DNA from: Halorussus marinus
GTDB lineage: Archaea > Halobacteriota > Halobacteria > Halobacteriales > Haladaptataceae
Assembly (NCBI RefSeq): GCF_004765795.1
Contig: NZ_SBIV01000009.1
Span: 1-64,000, forward strand
Direction of reading: 5' to 3'
DNA: 64,000 nucleotides
This document shows positions 60,583-64,000 of this stretch, in pieces; the first letter of the stretch is position 1; every line of letters starts with the position of its first letter. The position numbers were made by a program, and so were the translations under genes. The notes under the pieces are model-generated. The model did no database searches. It was not told the origin of the DNA and worked only from the letters and a program-made list of their open reading frames with translations.

Positions 60583-60906
60583 ATGCCCACTGTTAGCACA
60601 CCACCCGTCGAGGAGGCGCGGTCCATCTTCAGCGAACTGGGCTACACCGTCTCCGGCGGCGAGGGGAGCGAGTTTCGGGCCGAGCGGAAGTGGCGTTCCG
60701 TCCGCGTGACCGCGCTGGCGGAGTCCGACGAGACGCCGGACGACGGCGACATGCGATGCTTCGTAACCTGGGACGACCACGCGCCCGAGCTCCGGCGGAA
60801 ACTCCGACGGCTCGATCCGACCTACGAGTGGGCAGTGATCGGCGTCCGCGAGTCCGGCGACTACGAGGTGGCGCGCGCGCCCCCCAGCGCCGCACCCGCG
60901 GTCTGA
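60583..60906 (+). CDS. Conserved haloarchaeal hypothetical protein
   Basis: ARSIFSELGYTV..RAERKWRSV..YEWAVIGV; TTTATTA upstream. Confidence 0.78.
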   Translation: MPTVSTPPVEEARSIFSELGYTVSGGEGSEFRAERKWRSVRVTALAESDETPDDGDMRCFVTWDDHAPELRRKLRRLDPTYEWAVIGVRESGDYEVARAPPSAAPAV

Positions 60907-60924
60907 AACGACGCCGTTTTCGGT

Positions 60925-62115
60925 TTATCGGTCGCCCAGCGCCGCGGCGGTCGCGGCCAGCCCCGACTCGACGTCGACGTCCGCGCCCTGAGCGTCGAGC
61001 GCGTCGCCGAGCGCGGCCATGAGGTACGACACGGTCTCGGCGCGGGCCGAGTAGCCCATACAGCCGATCCGGAAGATATCGCCGTCGAGGTCGCCCAGGC
61101 CGGTCGCGATTTCGAGGTCGTACTGGTCTAACAGATACCCCGTCACGTCGGTGTCGGTCACGCCGTCGGGGACCCGGACGGCGTTGAGGCTCGGGAGCCA
61201 GTAGTCGTCGGGGGCGTTCATCTCGAGCCCCATCGCCTCGACGCCGGACTTGAGCGCGCCCGCGACGTCGCGGTGGCGCGCCCACCGCTGTTCGATGCCC
61301 TCCTCGGCGACGAGCCGGAGCGCCTCGCGGAGCGCGTAGACGTTGGTGATCGGCGCGGTGTGGTGGTAGGCCCGGTCTTCGCCCCAGTACCCCTCCAGAA
61401 GCGAGAGATCGAGGTACCACGAGCGGGCCTCCTCCTCGCGGGAGAGCACCTTGTCCATCGCGCGGTCGTTGAGCGTCAGCGGGCTCGCGCCCGGCGGACA
61501 CGACAGGCACTTCTGGGGGCCCGAGTAGGCCACGTCGATCCCCCAGTCGTCGACTTTCAGCTCGACGCCGCCCAGCGACGTGACCGAGTCGGCGATCACC
61601 AGGGCGTCGTGGTCGTGGGCCACGTCGGTCAGTTCGGGGACGTTCGGCTGGAGCACGCCCGTGCTGGTCTCGGCGTGGACGAACCCGAACACGTCCGGCT
61701 GGTGCTCGTCGAACGCCGCGGCCACGTCGGCGGGGTCGAGGGGCTCGCCCCACGGCGCGTCGACGTGGACGACGTCGCCGCCGGCGCGCTCTGCCATCGA
61801 CGCCATCCGACCGCCGAAGTAGCCGTTGGTCGGCACCAGCATCGTGTCGCCGGGCTCGACTACGTTGGCGACGGCGGCCTCCATCGCGGCCGACCCGGTC
61901 CCCGAGACCGGGATCGTCCACTCGTTGTCGGTCCGGAACGTGTAGCGCAAAAGCTCCTGAACCTCGTCCATGATCTCGACGAACGACGGGTCGAGGTGGC
62001 CGACCAGCGGCGTGCTCATCGCCCGGAGCACGCGGGGATGCACTTCGCTGGGACCGGGACCCATCAGCGTCCTGTCCGGGGGTGTCAGCTCGCCAACGGC
62101 AGGTTTCTCTACCAT
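60925..62115 (-). CDS. Class V PLP aminotransferase (alanine/serine-glyoxylate type)
   Basis: LMGPGPS, GTGSAAMEA, HAETSTG, SGPQKCLSCPPG, YHHTAP. Confidence 0.93.
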   Translation of the reverse strand: MVEKPAVGELTPPDRTLMGPGPSEVHPRVLRAMSTPLVGHLDPSFVEIMDEVQELLRYTFRTDNEWTIPVSGTGSAAMEAAVANVVEPGDTMLVPTNGYFGGRMASMAERAGGDVVHVDAPWGEPLDPADVAAAFDEHQPDVFGFVHAETSTGVLQPNVPELTDVAHDHDALVIADSVTSLGGVELKVDDWGIDVAYSGPQKCLSCPPGASPLTLNDRAMDKVLSREEEARSWYLDLSLLEGYWGEDRAYHHTAPITNVYALREALRLVAEEGIEQRWARHRDVAGALKSGVEAMGLEMNAPDDYWLPSLNAVRVPDGVTDTDVTGYLLDQYDLEIATGLGDLDGDIFRIGCMGYSARAETVSYLMAALGDALDAQGADVDVESGLAATAAALGDR

Positions 62116-62704
62116 GGGCCGTGATACCGCCCCCGGCGACTAAAAGACTTCCACCCGACCGCGGGGATTATTCGGCTGTTGTCGCGGGGCGTCGGTCGGG
62201 TAACGCGGGATTGATGGACAGCCACTCGACCTGTCGCCGAGAAACAATCTGTTTCCCGAGCGAACGGGCGCGAACGGTCACGCCCGTTTATTCGGGATAC
62301 CGGTGTAGCCGAGAGCGCCCGGGGATGAACGGGGGCGTCCGCCGGGCGAGAGTTCCCAACGACACGACCGGACTGCGGGAGACGCGCGGCGCCGACCGAC
62401 GACCCGGCGGACGCGGTCCGGCCCGTCCGGGACCGATCACATGGGGGAGGGGTCGGTCCCGACGCGGCGGGGCCGTCGTCACGGGGGACGGCGGGTCGCC
62501 GGTCGGCGCCGTTGCGCTCCGTACCGAGCCGTCGAGATCGAGGGGCCGAAGCGACCGGCGGCGGGCGAACCGTCGTCCGCCGGCCGGCGCATTTTCCGAT
62601 TTCGGTGCGCGGGAGTCGAGCGTCGAGGCGCGCTGTTTTCAGACCGGTCGGGACCGAACGGGCGACAAGAGACTTATATCGCCCGAGCGCCAATCGACTA
62701 CTCC

Positions 62705-63667
62705 ATGATGGTCGGCCACGCGATGGTGGCGTTCGCGCTCGCCACCGCCGTCGCGGCGCGGCGGTGGCCCGCCGAGCGAGCGCTGGCGTTCGGCGTCGTG
62801 GCCGGCGGGTTCGCCGCGGTCCCCGACGTCGACATGGCGTACGCGATGTTCGGGCTCGCGCAGGCGGGCCTGGGCGGCGTCTGGGAGATGACGTCCGCGT
62901 TCTGGGGGAGTTCGACGCTAGTCCACCGCGCGGTCACCCACTCGCTGGTCGTCGGCGCGGTCGGTGCGGTCGGGTTCGGACTCGCCGCCTGCGAGAGGTG
63001 GCCGGCCCGGCTCCTCGCGGTCGGGTTCGCGAGCGCCCTCGTCGCGGTCGCGTTCGCGACCGGGGGCGGACTCGCGGGCGCGATCATGACGCTGTTCGTA
63101 CTCTCGGGGCTCGCACTCGCGGTCGTCGCGGCCGGAACCACCGATCTCGGGCCGCGTGCGGTGGTCGTCGCCGCGCTCGTCGGGCTGTTGAGCCACCCCT
63201 TCGGCGACGTGTTCACCGGAACCCCGCCCGCGTTCCTCTATCCGTTCGAGCCGAGCCTGCTCGACGCCCGGGTGGTGTTGCACGCCGACCCGACGCTGAA
63301 TCTGGTGGGCGTGTTCGGGATCGAACTCGCCACCATCTGGGCGGCGGGCTACGTCTACCTCCGGGCGACCGACCGCCGGCTGTTCGCCCACGTCGACGCC
63401 CGCGCGGCGGTCGGGATCGCGTACGCCATCGCGGCGGTGGTGTTGCCCGCGCCCTCGGTCGACGGCTCCTATCAGTTCGTGTTCTCGATTCTGGCGCTCG
63501 GTTTCGTAGGCGTCGCGCCCCAACTGCTCCCGTCGCGGTCGATCCTGACCGCCGAGTGGCACGAGACGGTAACGTGGGCGCTGACGGGGCTGGGCGCGGT
63601 CAGCGTCGCGACGCTGGCGTACACGCTGACCTACCTCGCGTCGACGGGGTCGGCGTATTTCTTGTAG
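62705..63667 (+). CDS. Membrane-bound metal-dependent hydrolase (YdjM/DUF457-like)
   Basis: VGHAM, PDVD, HRAVTHS, SHPFGDVFT. Confidence 0.87.
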   Translation: MMVGHAMVAFALATAVAARRWPAERALAFGVVAGGFAAVPDVDMAYAMFGLAQAGLGGVWEMTSAFWGSSTLVHRAVTHSLVVGAVGAVGFGLAACERWPARLLAVGFASALVAVAFATGGGLAGAIMTLFVLSGLALAVVAAGTTDLGPRAVVVAALVGLLSHPFGDVFTGTPPAFLYPFEPSLLDARVVLHADPTLNLVGVFGIELATIWAAGYVYLRATDRRLFAHVDARAAVGIAYAIAAVVLPAPSVDGSYQFVFSILALGFVGVAPQLLPSRSILTAEWHETVTWALTGLGAVSVATLAYTLTYLASTGSAYFL

Positions 63668-63716
63668 AACCCCGAGACCCTCACATTTCTTGTAGCGGGA
63701 GTGAGAACCCCGGCGT

Positions 63717-64000
63717 ATGGCACGCCGCGCGCCGACGCTAGAGAGCGTGGTCGAAGACGAGCGAGTGAACGCGGGGCTCGCGTGGCTACTCGTCGCGTTC
63801 ATCCTTCTCGTGGTCGTCGAGAGCGCTCTCGACGGCGACTTCCTCTGGGCGGGGTTCGCGGCGTTCGTCGCGGGGGTGGCGATCGCCCCGGCCGCGATCT
63901 ACCGCGATCCCAACGCGATGCTCCCGTGGGAGGTGCTCGTGCTCGCCGCGCTCCCTCTGCTCGGCCGGGCGCTCGCGACGATGGTGCTCACCTCGCGGGT
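63717..64000 (+). CDS. Hypothetical membrane protein, 3' truncated by the window edge
   Basis: MARRAPTLESVVEDERVNAGLAWLLVAF...MLPWEVLVLAALP, open to the end. Confidence 0.75.
   Translation, partial: MARRAPTLESVVEDERVNAGLAWLLVAFILLVVVESALDGDFLWAGFAAFVAGVAIAPAAIYRDPNAMLPWEVLVLAALPLLGRALATMVLTSR

Noticed and set aside
1..64000. CRISPR arrays, tRNA/rRNA genes, transposases, integrases, defence systems
   Set aside because: None recognised by eye: no spaced direct repeats, cloverleafs or such protein motifs. tRNAscan/cmscan would be needed to exclude small RNAs formally.

Overview
High-GC chromosomal DNA from a halophilic archaeon (class Halobacteria), judged from acidic proteins, TATA boxes about 27-30 nt upstream of leaderless ATGs and typical gene families. 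It is mostly housekeeping and metabolism: a complete branched-chain amino acid operon (leuA-ilvBN-ilvC-orf-leuCDB), an iron-related region (three ferritin-superfamily genes, a FecCD permease flanked by two TrxB-like flavoproteins, a Tat/GMC oxidoreductase pair, repeated TTTAGG-N4-CCTAAA palindromes), hisC-adk-pgsA-mbf1-tpiA, acd/pckA, an acyl-CoA catabolic neighbourhood and two divergent glutamate dehydrogenases. I saw no rRNA, tRNA, CRISPR array or transposase. The most interesting signals are missing from the ORF track. (1) A leaderless 27-codon peptide upstream of ilvB ends in Val-Ile-Ile-Val, overlaps a perfect hairpin followed by a U-tract, and has alternative pairings, which resembles bacterial ribosome-mediated attenuation in an archaeon. 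(2) leuA has no in-frame start before its catalytic motif and is preceded by an out-of-frame leaderless ORF with a G6 run and GTT-CTT-C, suggesting a leucine-sensing +1 frameshift or else a homopolymer error. (3) Bridging mini-ORFs make the operon an unbroken chain of overlapping frames. All family assignments come from motif recognition by eye; no database searches were run.
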